Source of the DNA: Lama glama | Lineage: Eukaryota | NCBI GenBank assembly: GCA_028534125.1 | Contig: CM052818.1 | Span: 41,976,001 to 42,040,000, forward strand | DNA: 64,000 nt | Direction of reading: 5' to 3' | Shown here: positions 11,075 to 23,620 of the stretch, piece after piece | Position numbering within the stretch: the stretch's first letter is position 1 | How the letters are laid out: each line of letters begins with the position of its first letter | Program-made: the position numbers and the translations under genes | The notes under the pieces: generated by a model | The model's input: the letters and a program-made list of their open reading frames with translations, nothing else | The model's database searches: none | Told to the model about the DNA's origin: nothing

Positions 11075-14034
11075 TCCCTTCAGACGCTGAAGTCACAAAT
11101 TCTGTTGCTTTTAAATTACTGTGGATGCTGGATTGGTGTTCATTGAATGAAACGTGGAGCAGAAACGGGGCTTCGGGGCCCCTCAGCTTTGGTGACATTC
11201 TGTCTTGGGCTCCAAGTATAACGAAATGCCTTTTATCCTCCCCTCCCCCCTACAACCACCCCTCCTCCCCATGCCAGCCATGAACCTCTTCACCGTGAGG
11301 TTAGTGTCTTGCTCCGTCTTTGAATTGTCTCGTTCACAATGGAGGCTCCATAACCATTTTTTGAAGGAGCCTATCCTGAGGCAAAGGTGGAAGAGGGCTG
11401 AAGCCAGACCGCACTGAGGTCCCTCCCCGACTCACCCCTGGACCATATTTTCTGGTTACTGGTGGGTAGGTTTCTAAAGCCCACCCGCATGCTGGAGACC
11501 TCAGGCTGAGAGACGATTTGGAAGGACGGGGGGAGGGGGGGAGGCCACTGCCAGCTAACAGAGCTCCTTCGAACTCTCCCAACGTTGTTGGCCGAGGGGA
11601 GCTGGTAGGGGGAGCAGCCCTCTGGGAGGTGAGGACAAGAGGAAAGAGTGGAACAGTCGGCTGGAGGGGAGGGAGGAAGGGCAGCGCATGCAAGAGGAAG
11701 GATGACGTCGGAGGAAGGTGGGAGAGATGGAGGGAGGGAGGCAGGGTGGGCAGACCCCTAGATGGGAGAGGGCCCGGCCGAGGACCATCTCCCACCTGAA
11801 GAACTCTGTTCATTTATTGCACAGATATCCAAGAGCTTCCAAAATGGCACTGGTACTTCAGTCAGTGCCTCCCTCTTCAACTTCCTTTCTTCCTGAGACA
11901 GAGACAAGGCTGTCTCCCCATCCGTCTACACAGCATTCCAAATGCACCTCCTTGATGAGAGCTTGGGCAAAAACCCTGGTGGGAGAAGATCCCTCTCCCC
12001 AGGTGACCCTCCCCACCTTCTCACTCGGGGTCTCCCCCTCATCTCCCCTCCCTCTGGTTAAGAGACTCTGGGGACCGCATTCCAAGGACGGCTGGAGACC
12101 CACTTTCTGGAACAAAGCGGTGACTTCCTCCAGCACCATCGTGGCCCACCCCCTCCCCAGGTCCTCAGAGAAGGGCAATTTGTGGAAACGGAGCTGCTGG
12201 GTAATAGATTTCTCTGTCAACATGATGAGTGAAAGAAAGAACGAGGTAATTACCAGTCATGCACTTCAATTACGACTGCCTCCCCCTCCCCCAAGTCCAG
12301 CTCCATGTCCCCATTTAATTTTCATTTAAAACAAAACCGTTGCCACAGACCCCAAGCTAAAAACAGAAATCCCTTTCAGCTCCTGGCAAATTAGCAGGAA
12401 TGTCTTATTATGGAAGCGATGGGCGACGGACTTCTTCCACAGCAATACAGGAAGCGGGCCTCCGGGTCAGCCGGCATCCCCTCCACGCACAGCTCCACCC
12501 TCCAAGGCTCCAAGCAATTAACCTTGTCCCTCCAGGACCCCAGATCGCCCTCCCCTCCCCTCCCCCGGCTTTGCCTCTTTCAAAGCCCTTGCCTGAGGAA
12601 TTCTGTCAAAAATCAGTAGCACCTTGAGGAGGCCCGAGGTCAGGGGACTTCCTTGCTACACAGGAAGGTGTGTTCTATCAGAAACGGGAAATGTTCTCAG
12701 CCCCTCAGATCTTGGGCGACTAAAAATAAACTAATAGGCCTTAAATTAACTTTTTCTTTTGCCCTCCCCCGCCCCCGCCCCTCCCTGCTCCCCCAGCCCC
12801 ACTTTCCACCAAGACTTTTCGACTTGAAGGAAAAGCATTTATTATCTGAGAGTGACACACAGGAAATTAGACTTATAAATTGTGCTTAAAACGTTATAGT
12901 TTCCAACTTTCTTTAATGCTAATCTTAATGCTAATAGGTTGTGAGATATGTGTTTTGACTTGAGAGATTTTTTTTTTCCTCTTTTCTAATTAATTCTGGG
13001 CTACACCACATGAAGCATTTGTGGTGGAGAAGTTCCAGGAGTTTGCACGCCCGCCGTTGGAGAAAGGGCCTCCTGGAGGGGTTCAAATGGCCATTTTCCC
13101 TATAGGCGCATCTAGAAAAATTCAGTTCATCCAGAGAGTCAAAGCACTCACTCTCCACCGATAAAGTTCAGAAGAAAGGATTTGTGCTGACATTCCATCG
13201 GGAGCCCAAGTTACCTCCGCCACCCTGGCCTGCCACAGTGGTCTCTCAGGTATCTTCTGTTCCCCTTAGAAAAGCCCTCGAAGCTTCGCACGCGGACCAG
13301 GCTCACCCCGCACTGCCGTTTTATGCACCTTTCTCCCCACCAGGACTCCCACTGGACTCCCTCACTTCCATGTAGATTCGTACAATCACGGCTCTTGCTT
13401 TTTGGCATTTGTTTATGATCTGTTCTCCAAGACAGTTGTTACGTGAGGAAAACTCCTACTGCGGTCGGGAAACACCCTCCTCCAGGCCAGGGGCGGACAT
13501 CTCTGGGTCCTGCAGCCCCTCCGAGATGCCATGGTAACACCAGAGATGCCAGCTCAGCATGGTGGCTGGAGGGTCGGCAGTTCTGGGTGTTGCTAGTTCA
13601 CGTCATCGGTCATCAGTCGCAGGAGGAGCTGTGATGTGGGAGGAGACTGTTCCTTCGGCTTTCCAGGTGAGCCAAAGACCTTCCGGCAGGTCTGGTTGAT
13701 GGATTGGAGACCAGAATGAGCCCCCACTGGTGATTTGGAAAGAAAATTTGTTTTCTCTTATCTTCAAGAATGAAAATAAAATACATGGACTCCAACTACT
13801 GGTGGAAGAGATTGACTAGTTGGTCCCCAAACCACTTCCTTTTCCTCCCAGGGGCACAGGTACGCCACCTTTCTGTCCCAGACTCCCTCTCAATCAGCTG
13901 TGGCCATGCGACTGTGTCTGTCTGATAGAATGCCCATGCTATGTGTCCCATCCAGTCTGTCCCTCTCCTTGTCTTCCAGGTGGAGATGGGGGAGCCAACG
14001 GAGCACTCTAGGATCCAGAGGAGGGATCCTAGAT

Positions 14035-14233
14035 CAGTGGTTTTCAACTGGGGATAATTTTGCCAACCAGGGGACACGGCCACAACTAGGTGTGTGTGTG
14101 GTACTAATCTCTAGTAGGTAGAGGCCAGGGACGCAGCTAAACAGCTGACAAAGCACAGGCAGCCCCCCCCCACACACACAACAACAAATTGTTGGATTCC
14201 AAAGTGTTCAAATGCCACAGCTGAGAAACCCAG
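14035..14233 (+). mobile_element. MER20 (hAT-Charlie MITE), internally deleted
   Basis: starts CAGTGGTTTTCAACTGGGG, internal 'gtagaggccagggacgcagctaaaca', ends 'ctgagaaacccag'; flanks TCCTAGAT / CTCTGGAT resemble the 8-bp hAT target NTCTAGAN. Confidence 0.85.
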
Positions 14234-14249
14234 CTCTGGATGGAAGGTG

Positions 14250-14372
14250 CCTGTGTCTCTGCATGACTGTGGGACTCTCTGCCAGCCTACATGGCACTGG
14301 GATCGAAGCAAGAAATAAATCTTCATCAGCTGAGCCACAGAGATCTGGTGGCTGTTTGTTAGAGGACTTTTG
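14250..14372 (+). mobile_element. MaLR (MLT1-type) LTR 3' part
   Basis: 'agaaataaatcttcatcagctgagccacagagatctggtggctgtttgtt' matches the MLT1 poly(A)-signal region. Confidence 0.65.
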
Positions 14373-15099
14373 TCATTGTGATGACTTCCCTGCTCCCTGG
14401 CACTAAATCCACTACCCTGAAGCAGGAGGTGTGCAGGTATTCACCGGGGGGGGACTCGCTACACTCACCCAAATCAGAATCAATGAACGTTCCTCTGTGC
14501 TTGGCAGCACAGTCCCACACTTTAAATACCTTCTGCCCCTCATCCCCTCGCCCCCTTGGAAAACTTATTTGTGTCTATAGATGTCACCTGAAATTCACTG
14601 TGAGGTCTTTGAAGGCAGGGTCTGAATCTCAGCCAAGTTCAGATTATTTTAATAAGCTCTTTCAGAGGCTTTTCTCTGCACCACTCTTTGCCAATAGCTG
14701 GAGGTAGGGGCCTAGCTAAGCTCCAGTCCTTGCCCTCAAGGAGTCGTCAGTCCAGTGGAAGAGACAGAAACTTAAAGAGACGTTGGAATACTAAACAGCA
14801 AATGTTGTCTCCCAGGTGTGCATAAGGGACGAGGATTTCACAACCTGTCACATGACATGGTGGTCTCCTTCCACCAGGGCTCATCCCTAGAAGCCCGGGA
14901 TCCTCGGCCACACTTGGTGGGAGTGGCAGGGCGAGCTGAGGGCAGCTGGACCCTGTTGATAACGCTCGCCAAGTTCTTCAGCAGGGCGCATGCCCACTGC
15001 TCTCCTCGCCGTCCCTCTAGCCCCGCCCTTGTCCGAGTCCTCTGCTTCACACATCTGGGTGACCAAGAAGGGTCTCTTGCCTTCAGGCATGCATTCCAC

Positions 15100-15700
15100 C
15101 CATAGTGCAAAAGTGCCACAAACTACACTTAGGCACTAGGGACAGAGCTGTCACCAAGACAGTCCTACTTTTCTTGTTGTATCTCGTTACTATGGTCTGA
15201 AGGGGGATACACACTGGTAAATAGGCTATGACCAAAAACCAAGGGGCAGGCTGCAGGGGGACCATGGGGTAGGTGTACCTCTCCTAGCCTTGGGTCAGAA
15301 AAGGTTTCCAGATAGAAATGCCATCTAAGTTAAGATTTGCAGGAAAAGTGAAATTGAGAGGGACAGGGTTGGGGAGATGAGATGGGGGAATGGGGGAACG
15401 ACCTGTTTGTGGTCCCAGATGTGGTCCCAGAGGGAAGAGAGAACAAGCTACTTTTGAGGAGCAGTGAGTCTGTTGGCAGAGGACGAGGTGAGAAGTGGCA
15501 AGAGCTGAGGCTGACAGGTGACCTGTGGCTAGACAGTGGGGGCTGTCTGAAGAGTGATGGGAGACTATAGAAGGCTCGAAGCGGGGGAAGACTTGGTCCT
15601 CTGTGTGCTCCAGAAGCACAGTCACACTGTCCTCTTGAAAATGGATTGGAGGGACCCACCTGGTCACAGTGACCCAGGGTAAAGGCAAGACAACCAGATC
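15100..15700 (-). mobile_element. L2 LINE fragment
   Basis: 'ttaggcactagggacagagc...ggtcagaaaaggtttccagatagaaatgccatctaagttaagatttgcagga' is reverse L2-like. Confidence 0.6.
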
Positions 15701-15772
15701 TGCTGGGCTGGGAGTGGGATCCAGAGACTGGTGTCCAACTTCATCCATCACACAGCTGCTAAGGAGAGATTT

Positions 15773-15959
15773 GTTATTTTGATTGATTGACTGATTGACA
15801 TTTAGTCTTTTTTTAAAAAATTCTCTTTGTTTGTTTTTTGGAGATGGGGGTGTAATTAGGTTTGTTTGTTTGTTTTAATGGAGGTACTAGAGATTGAACC
15901 CAGGACCTCGTGCATGCTAAGCACATGCTCTACTACTGAGCTCTACCCTCCACACCCAG
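15773..15959 (-). mobile_element. tRNA-Ala-derived SINE (Vic-1-like)
   Basis: reverse complement reads 'ggagggtagagctcagtagtagagcatgtgcttagcatgcacgaggtcctgggttcaatctctagtacctccattaaaacaaacaaacaaacctaattac...'; TSD GGAGAGATTT at 15763-15772 and 15960-15969. Confidence 0.9.
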
Positions 15960-16405
15960 GGAGAGATTTATTTTAAACACTAATCTGATCACGTCACTCT
16001 CTTGCTCTGACTTCTTCCGTGGCTCCCACTGCCTACGGGATCAAGTACCAACTCTTTGTAATCCAATTGTCACAGATTCTGGTTCATTTGTGTCTTCCTG
16101 GATGGCACCCTCTCTCACTATCCCTAAGCCCAAAGCTTGCCTTGGCCAGCCTAGACCTGCTCTCCCACTCCAAGTCTCAGCTTTAATATCACCTTTTTCA
16201 GGAAATAAATCCTCTCTGTTTCCAACCAAGCTGGGTTTGTGCCTTCCCTCTGTAAGTACCTGTATCCTGATTGGCGATCTGCCCACTTAGACTGGGAGCT
16301 TCCTGAGGGCAAGAGCTGAATCACTCATCTTGTTTGCCCAGTTCCCAGCATGGTGCACGGGGCACCCACACATGCTCAGTAAATATTTGTTGAAAGAATG
16401 GATAG
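15960..16405 (+). mobile_element. L2 LINE 3' region (interrupted by the SINE at its left end)
   Basis: 'aaacactaatctgatcacgtcactctc...tagactgggagcttcctgagggcaag...gctcagtaaatatttgttgaaagaatgg'. Confidence 0.8.
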
Positions 16406-16502
16406 ACGGATGAGAATCTATATGTTTTTGCAGCCAATTCCTTCCAACGAGAATGGCTTATTTCCATCTCTTCCTCTGAAGGCTTATCTGGTCTTCAAGG
16501 CT

Positions 16503-16870
16503 ATGTTAGTTAGAATCGTCCAAGCTTCTACATTAAACAGCTCTCAAGAATTTTGTGGCTTTAAGAACAAGAGATGCGTTCCTACAGCCACAGAGGATGG
16601 ATGGGGTGTTCAGGCTGGCTGCGGCTCTACCATCTTCAACACTTGACCTCCAAGGTATGAGCTCTCTGCAAGGAGGGAAATGCATGTATATTCAGAAGAT
16701 TTTATTGGTGAGGTTTAGAAGTGTGACATCCTTTTTGCTCGCATTCCACTGATGCAGATTTTGTCATGGGGCCAAGCTAACCTCCAGGATGCCTGGAAAA
16801 TGTGAAGCATCGGGGCAGCCATGTTGCCATCTCCATGGCAGAGTGGACCGTAGTGGAGAGCTGGCACTCC
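16503..16870 (-). mobile_element. MaLR (MLT1J/K-like) LTR
   Basis: 'tatgttagttag...gtggctttaagaacaagag...ctctaccatcttcaacacttgacctccaagg...gctcgcattccactg...gcctggaaaatgtga'. Confidence 0.65.
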
Positions 16871-17104
16871 TCACCACCAGAGTCTGGCCCCAGTGTCACC
16901 AGCGCAAAGACTCCCAGCTCCCTGAGCCTGCAGGGATTTCCTGTTGTTTAGTGTCTGAGGGTCCTGCCGCTTCCCACTGACATGGCAAAGATCATATACT
17001 ACCTTGTCCCCTCTGCTTCTGATAGCTTCTCTCCTTTTCATAATAACCAAGGAAACAGTTGACCTCTCTGTCTTCTCCTCTTGGACTTTGTAACGGAGAA
17101 GCAG

Positions 17105-17262
17105 AAAGAACACTTTGGTAGGAATCAGAAGAGTCAGCTGACTAGCTTGCTATGTGATCCTTGGCAAGTCCTTGCCCCTCTTTGGGTCTCAGTTTCCCCC
17201 AAGTACAAAAATGAAGATTGCCTTTCAAGGTCCCTTCCACCTCTGTTATTCTGAGATCCTAG
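17105..17262 (+). mobile_element. MIR3-type SINE
   Basis: core 'tgtgatccttggcaagtccttgcccctctttgggtctcagtttccc' and tail 'aaggtcccttccacctctg...attctgagatcct'. Confidence 0.75.
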
Positions 17263-17399
17263 ATGAGCAGCCTTCAGTCCTCAGCCCTGGCCTCACCACC
17301 CACTCTCGGTCCTGTGGGAAATCCATCCGTGTGCTTGCTGAGGACGGCACCTGTGAGAATTGCCTGTGTACTCGTAGGCCCGTGAGAGGGGGAGAAGCT

Positions 17400-17590
17400 G
17401 GGAGAACTGAGTTCAAGTCTTGGCTCCATCATTCTGTAGCCTAGTGAAATGGGGAAGTGTCTCTCTGAACCTGTTTTCTCTCTTATAAATAGAAATTCCA
17501 GTATCTGCCCCCTGGTGTGATCATCCAATAAGGAAGGTCAAGTTAGATCACGACTGTCAAAGCCTTTTGGAAACAGTGAAAGGCTATAGT
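17400..17590 (+). mobile_element. MIR SINE
   Basis: 'ctgagttcaagtcttggctcc...ctctctgaacctgttttctctcttataaatag'. Confidence 0.65.
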
Positions 17591-20500
17591 TCATTTAACT
17601 TTAAAAACGTCTATTTCCTAGAACATTTGGGGTTTTGCCGTCTGACATGACCCCATGACCACATTTTTTTCCTTATATGCCAGGATCCTGCAGAGGAAGG
17701 GTAGGGAGGAAGGCGGGAGGGACAAAACATTTCTTGAGACTCATTTCAGGCCAGCACACCTGTACCTGGCCCACCTCTCCTTCCTGGCACCTGGGAAGAC
17801 ACCAGTGCTGGCAAATGAGGCCAGTGCAGCCAAAGAAGTGGGGGCATGAATGCTTTCTGGGCTGAGGCATTTAAGGGTCATTGTGCCAGGATGACCTTGA
17901 ACGCCACCTGTACAGATGGGGGCATCAGGGGTAGGAGGAGTCTGGCGCCCTGAGTCTGGAGTAATAATACCCATACAATTTATTATCCAAACTGGGACAT
18001 TTTCAACAATGAAAGGGAGGGGCCAATGATCACTAGGCTGGGATAGCCCGTGTCAACCAGCATGGCCCCAGCCAAACGGCACGTGCGGTTGGTCCTCCTG
18101 CCTGCATCGCGGACTCGAGGGAAGCCCCGTCGACCTGCCCTGGACTCGGAGAGGGCAGTTTGTGTTCGGTTGGGCCGTTGAATTACGGCGGCAATCAGTG
18201 AACACGCATTCATTCACACCACCAGCTTCAGTTCCCCCACATATTCTGAGAGGCAGGCATTCTTAACCCCAGTTGACACAAAACAGCATAAGGTTTGGGC
18301 GATGAACTTGCCCAAGAGCATGCAACCAGTTTAAAACCCAGCTTTGCCCGCTTCCAGAGTTCGTGTTCTTCCTTCTGCTCCACACAGCCTTCCCCACCAC
18401 CAAGCTCGACTTCCCAACTCCCGAAAGACCCATGAGAAGAGGTTGTGGTTTTAAAGTGAAACGTCTGCCCCTCCCGCCCCCCATTAACCCCTGAGAACAC
18501 AGATCCCTCGGTGCCCCCGCCCCCGCCCCACCTGCAGGGTTCGGAAGGGAAATGCCCATATTTCACTTAAAAAAAAAAAAAGAAAGAAAAGATCAAACGC
18601 CCTCCTCCGGTGACTTTAACTTATTTATGGGTTTGATTTTTTTTTTCCTGGATCATTTCCTTTCATTCCTGCCAGAAGTCCTCGCCGGCAATCCTCCCAA
18701 GTTATTAATAAAAGAAGTCAAACGGTAGCGGGCGCAGGGGGACGCTCCTGGCCCCTGCGGATGTGTTTAGTTTGTGCCGGGACCAGATGTTTTCACCCAG
18801 ATCACAGACACTTGCCAGGCCTTTTACATCTGTCCCGTTTTCAGATGAAGACAAAAGGAATTTGGAGGAGAAAGTCCATTTTCAACCCAAACAACAGAAA
18901 ATGAAGACGAAGGCTCCCCCTTCAAATCACAGATGATGCACACACGATGTGAGATGTTAAGAACCCGACATGAGCCAACCAGCCACGGCCCATCATCCAA
19001 GCCCCCTCCCACTGCCTCACTCGGTGGAGACGTCTCAGCTCTTCCTGGTGAGATCACAGACCACTGCACGACCCTACTCTGGACAGCTCGCCCTTTGCAG
19101 CCTGGGCTAAGACTTTCTCAATAGCTTTTGCCATATTTTTAGAGTTCTGAATTTAAAAAAAAAAAAACCCTCAATGGAGAAGTTTTGGCAGATCTAGGTC
19201 AAGTACACTCCCCAGGTCCTTCATAGAGAAGACTCCTGTCCCCAGCAAGGGACACTGGGCAAGCAGCTCCTCAATGGAACCATGTCTTGGCCAAGATTGT
19301 GTCTCCCCACCCCCTTCCCCACCTCTACCGAGCCAGTTAACACAGCAGATCAATGTCTTCCTTGATGTCTGGGTAGACTGTTCGTCCCCTTTGTAGGACC
19401 AAGTTGAAACATTCTCCAAGTGATTTACCCATTAAAATCTTCAATTTGCTCCTCCTGGACAGGAAGGAGCCCTGGGACCAGCCCCAGCTGGATGAAGGTG
19501 GCCCAAGAGCCAGAGAGGGCAGAGCACAAGTCGCCTGAGCTTCGAGAACGCCGGCAGAGCGAGTCCGTCCAGTGGGAGCCCACGGAGAGGAGAGTCGGAG
19601 CCCAAGGCTGCCAGGCAGACACTGGGGACCCCCAGCAGAGCAAAGGGGGTGGGGGGAGGATGAAACACTTTTGACTAAGAGCCACAAAAGCTTGTTTCTG
19701 GGGCCGGCTTTGCCACCAACTGGCAATTTACCTGGTCTAAGTCACCTATGCTGGGCAAACCATAGCTTCTTCATCTGGAGAAGAGGTTTTCAGGGAAGAG
19801 GTTTTCTGCTTTGTTAACCTCGAAATGTGGCTGTGAGAATCAGATGAGACAATAGACGAGAAATGGCCGTGGGACTGGCACGAACTCTCTGGTGACTTTG
19901 TAATTATTTGCATGTCAGCATAAAGGTCTGGGGAGCTGTTTGGGTCCAGGGAGGCACCGAGTCCCAGGCCTGAATCATTTGTTCTCCTGCCTTGACACCT
20001 GCCCACAAGAGTATGTGTGCACACAGTGGGTTTTGTTGGGTTCTGGAGGGAGTTTGGACCAGTAAGGGTCCGAGGGTGTGAACCCTGCGTTCCACATAGC
20101 ATGGCAGATTTGTCTCCAAGGATGCGCAGGCCCAGGCAAGCTTCGTTGTGCCTCGTAGCATCCCAGAGGGGTGAGGCTGTGTGCCGGAGGCTCTGCTCTG
20201 GGGCAGACTCCCACCCCCTCAGTGGCTCATTTGCATGCAGCCCCATGGGTTCCCTCACTGACGCCCACACAACCAAGGGGACAGCTCAGGCCACTGCCCC
20301 CTGGGTTCCGGCCCGGGGCCTACATCTCACTGTGGGCTCCATTCATCTCAAAGTACACTCAGCCCTTGGCTGCCCAAGCCCAGCCTGGCTGGGGAAGGTG
20401 CGGGGCCCCATCTCTCTCTGGGGGCGGCTGAGGGCCAGTGCACACATCATAGAACATTGCTTACATCCCCGGGGAGGGCGTGGAGGTGTGCCAGCGAGTC

Positions 20501-20714
20501 TGCCTGGCCAGGCCAGCCTGGAGCCCTCTGGAGGCTTTGCTTCTTCCCCTCTGGGTCTGCTCTGGGCACAGCCTCACTTCCTGACTCTGGACTCTGCCTG
20601 AACCCCCCCAAGGCTGGCCTGTCACCTGAAGGCAGGTGAGGAGCAGCTCAGGGACAGCAGTGACCCTCCTGTCAGCTTCCAGTCCCTTCCCAGACCGCTT
20701 ATGCAGTGAGGTGA

Positions 20715-20900
20715 CAGGGGGTGTGAGTCCGGCTCTGCCTCCAACCCACTCTGCAACTTTGGCCAAATGGCTTGGCCTCTCTGGGCCTCAGTTTCCCCAT
20801 TTGTAAACTGAGGATATTAATTTTTGTGTCTCAAGATCATGTGAAAATTAAATCAAATGAAGTGTGTCACCATGCCTGTGCTGAGTCAGGGCCAGTAACT
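20715..20900 (+). mobile_element. MIR SINE
   Basis: 'ggcctctctgggcctcagtttccccatttgtaaactgaggata...gtgaaaattaaatcaaatg'. Confidence 0.8.
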
Positions 20901-22719
20901 GACTGTGGAATTGAATGGATGGCGTGGCTCTGGGCATGTTACCTTCTCTGCACCTGGGAAGGGGGGTGACCATCCCTGCTGACCCAGGGCGCAGAGTGAT
21001 GTCCATACACCGGAAGGGGCAAGATATGGAAACACTTTATGCACTAGAGGTCCCACCTGGCTTTGTGTTATCTCCTCTGGGACACCGAGCAGTTACTGAA
21101 ATGATTTCCAGGCCCTTGGCATCGTCTGCACTTGGGTGGGTGTAGGGTGTGGGGACTGGGGTGTGCCTGATGCCGAAGGCCACAGCAGAGACTTCTGGAA
21201 TTCTAATGGTCCCATCCGGCAGGTCTTCCTCTCAACATAATTTCCCGTGTTCAGTGAACCCGTGCAGGCCCTTTCACGCATGTGTTTCTGATTCTGATTA
21301 CATGCGCTGACATCACTGAAACGGTATGCCCGGGGTTAGTCTCACGACCACCAGGCTGGGAGCACAGGGATTTCGGTGCCAGAAAAATTGGATAATGTGG
21401 GACAGTCTGACTTTGCTCTCCAACTTCCAAGTCCTCCTGGGACACTTCCGAGCTTGCCTGAGGCTGTGGCCCCGGTCACTCACACACAGGGAGGATCGGG
21501 CCGTGGTCCTGGTCACCAGGCACCTGGCCCCTCACTTACACTTGCTTCTTAACCAGGACGCAGCTAGGAGCTCATGGCTGGGTTCTGAGGAGCAGCCTGT
21601 CTGCAGAGCCTGTCCGAGCCCTGTGGATGCTCCTCACGTGATGTCCCTGCCAGTCCAGGGACAACTCTGGGAGCAGGAAGGGCATCTGGGGTGTGTGTAG
21701 GGGGGTGCAAAGTAGCCTGGACTTGAGACCTGGCTTCACCCCACTGGGATAAGTGGCTGTGGGCATGGATTTCTCTTCTCTGTCACAGCACCTCAATCTG
21801 GAAACCACTTGCTGCAAGAATGAACGCCCAGCACTTAGCACAGAACAGATGTCCCCCAGGTGACGTGGTTGCATGCGTCTTACTGATGCATGTTTATCTC
21901 TGTACTCGAGGTGCCCAGGGCAATGCCTGGTACTCATGGCTGTATTTGTGTTTAGATCCGTCAGGTTTCTACTGAACCCCTGTTTTGAGCTCTGCCAGGG
22001 ACCACCCAGAGGAGGAGCCACCTTCTTCTTGAGGAAGCTCAGGTCCAGTAGGACCAAGAGGGCGGCCAGTGCTCATACCTCAGGCCGCGAAACAAAACAG
22101 ACCCAGAGCCAGAGCCTCGGGCTGAGAGAAGGCGATGCTGAGAGGGAAGGAGGCAGCAGACCACACCTGTCAGAGAGAGGATTTCAGGATCCTCCTTCAT
22201 TTGCCAATCCTCAGTCCAGGCAGACCCTCTGACCCTGGTGCCAGGCAGCCTTGGAGGCTCCAGCTCACCTGGAAGGCCCTCCCCTGGCACGCTCACCACC
22301 CTGCACTGCTGTCGCCCCTGTCGTCTTTCCAGAGATGAGTGTTCTTCAGGCTGGAGGCCAGGGATGGACCCTCAAAGCCTGGTTAGGACCCCACGCGGGC
22401 GGGAGATGGGGGCTGAACGGTGCAGGGATGGGAAAGTGAGAGGGGCTGTTTAGCGATGGGGCCATGTCACGGTGGACAATATGAAAGCTGGTTGTGTGTG
22501 TGTCAGGAGCTCATTCTTAGTGGGAGATGAGGCTGGAAGTGAGTTTTAGGGCAGATTGTGGGGGCCCTGAAGTTCAAGCTTTGGAGATTGGGCTTTTCCC
22601 CCAGAAACATCTGGATCAGCTCAGCTTCCTTTACAAATACCCATCTACCACTCCCCCCACCCAACTCCCCAGCCAAGACCAGGGTCACCAGCTCCAAGGT
22701 CTCAGGGATTTCCTCCAGC

Positions 22720-22815
22720 TCTTTCTCACACCCTCCTTTTCCCCCTGCCTTCTTCCTTCCTTCCCTTATTTCCTTCATTCCATCCTTCCTCTGTTTCTTC
22801 CTTACTTCCTTCCAC
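22720..22815. repeat. CT-rich low-complexity (TTCC-like) tract
   Basis: 'ttcttccttccttcccttatttccttcattccatccttcctctgtttcttccttacttccttcc'. Confidence 0.7.
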
Positions 22816-22829
22816 CAATATTGATTGAA

Positions 22830-23620
22830 GTTGCTAGGAAAGGGCTATCAATTCACAGATTAACCAGATGAAAACCGTGTCTTGCAGATGCTCACAATCT
22901 AATGGAGAAAATGACATAAAAACAAGTAATACAGTGTGCTTTACTCTCTGATAGAAGCAAAGTCTGTGGGAGCACAGAGGAGGTCACCTAACCTAAGCCT
23001 GGCAGGGCACGAGTAATGAGGAAGACTTCCTGGAGGAGGCGATGTCTAATCTGAAACCTGGACAGTAGTTCAGACTTCTCAGCAGGAGGAGAGGCGAAGC
23101 TGGGAAAGTCATTCCAGGCAGAGAGAACTGAGCGTACAAAGGCACGGGTGTGTGAAAACAAGGCACGTAGGGCAAGAATGACAGGTGTAGCTGGAAGGCC
23201 AGACACGTGAGGGCGAGGCACTGAGGGGTTGTGTCCCAGGCTAGAGAGCTGCAGGGCACCAGGAGCCACCTAAGGGCCTCAAGCAGAGGAGGTGATATCC
23301 TGTGGGGGCGGGGGTTGCTTTTTTGTTTTTAAATAAAAGATGGGCTTGGCTGCTGTGTATGAGCTGGGAGACCAAAGACCTCAATAATCCAGGGAGGAGC
23401 TGATGGTGGCCTACACTAGGGCAGTGGGGTGTGGATGGAGAGAGGAGGATGCGAAATGTAATTGACAGGATAAGATCCTGGCCAGGGAGGAGAGGGAGGG
23501 AGGAGGAGGAACTTTGGCATATGCAGGGGTTTCTGGCTTAGGTGATGGGGGGGGGAATGGCAAGGCCAGACCCTGGGGTCCACCCTAGGCGCAGGGGTGG
23601 AGTCTTCCCCTTTGATCCCC
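22830..23620 (-). mobile_element. L2 LINE fragment
   Basis: 'gctcacaatctaatggaga...gggagcacagaggagg...ggaagacttcctggaggaggcgatgtc...cattccaggcagagagaac...caaaggcacg...aataatccagg...gatggtggcc'. Confidence 0.8.

Noticed and set aside
10398..11283. Longest ORFs in the track (266 and 256 aa)
   Set aside because: Artefacts of translating through the 500-N gap
20017..20601. 194-aa ORF and other 150-190 aa ORFs (8535, 11718, 36170, 46670, 52654)
   Set aside because: No family similarity, many non-ATG starts, overlapping ORFs on both strands, and no consistent exon structure
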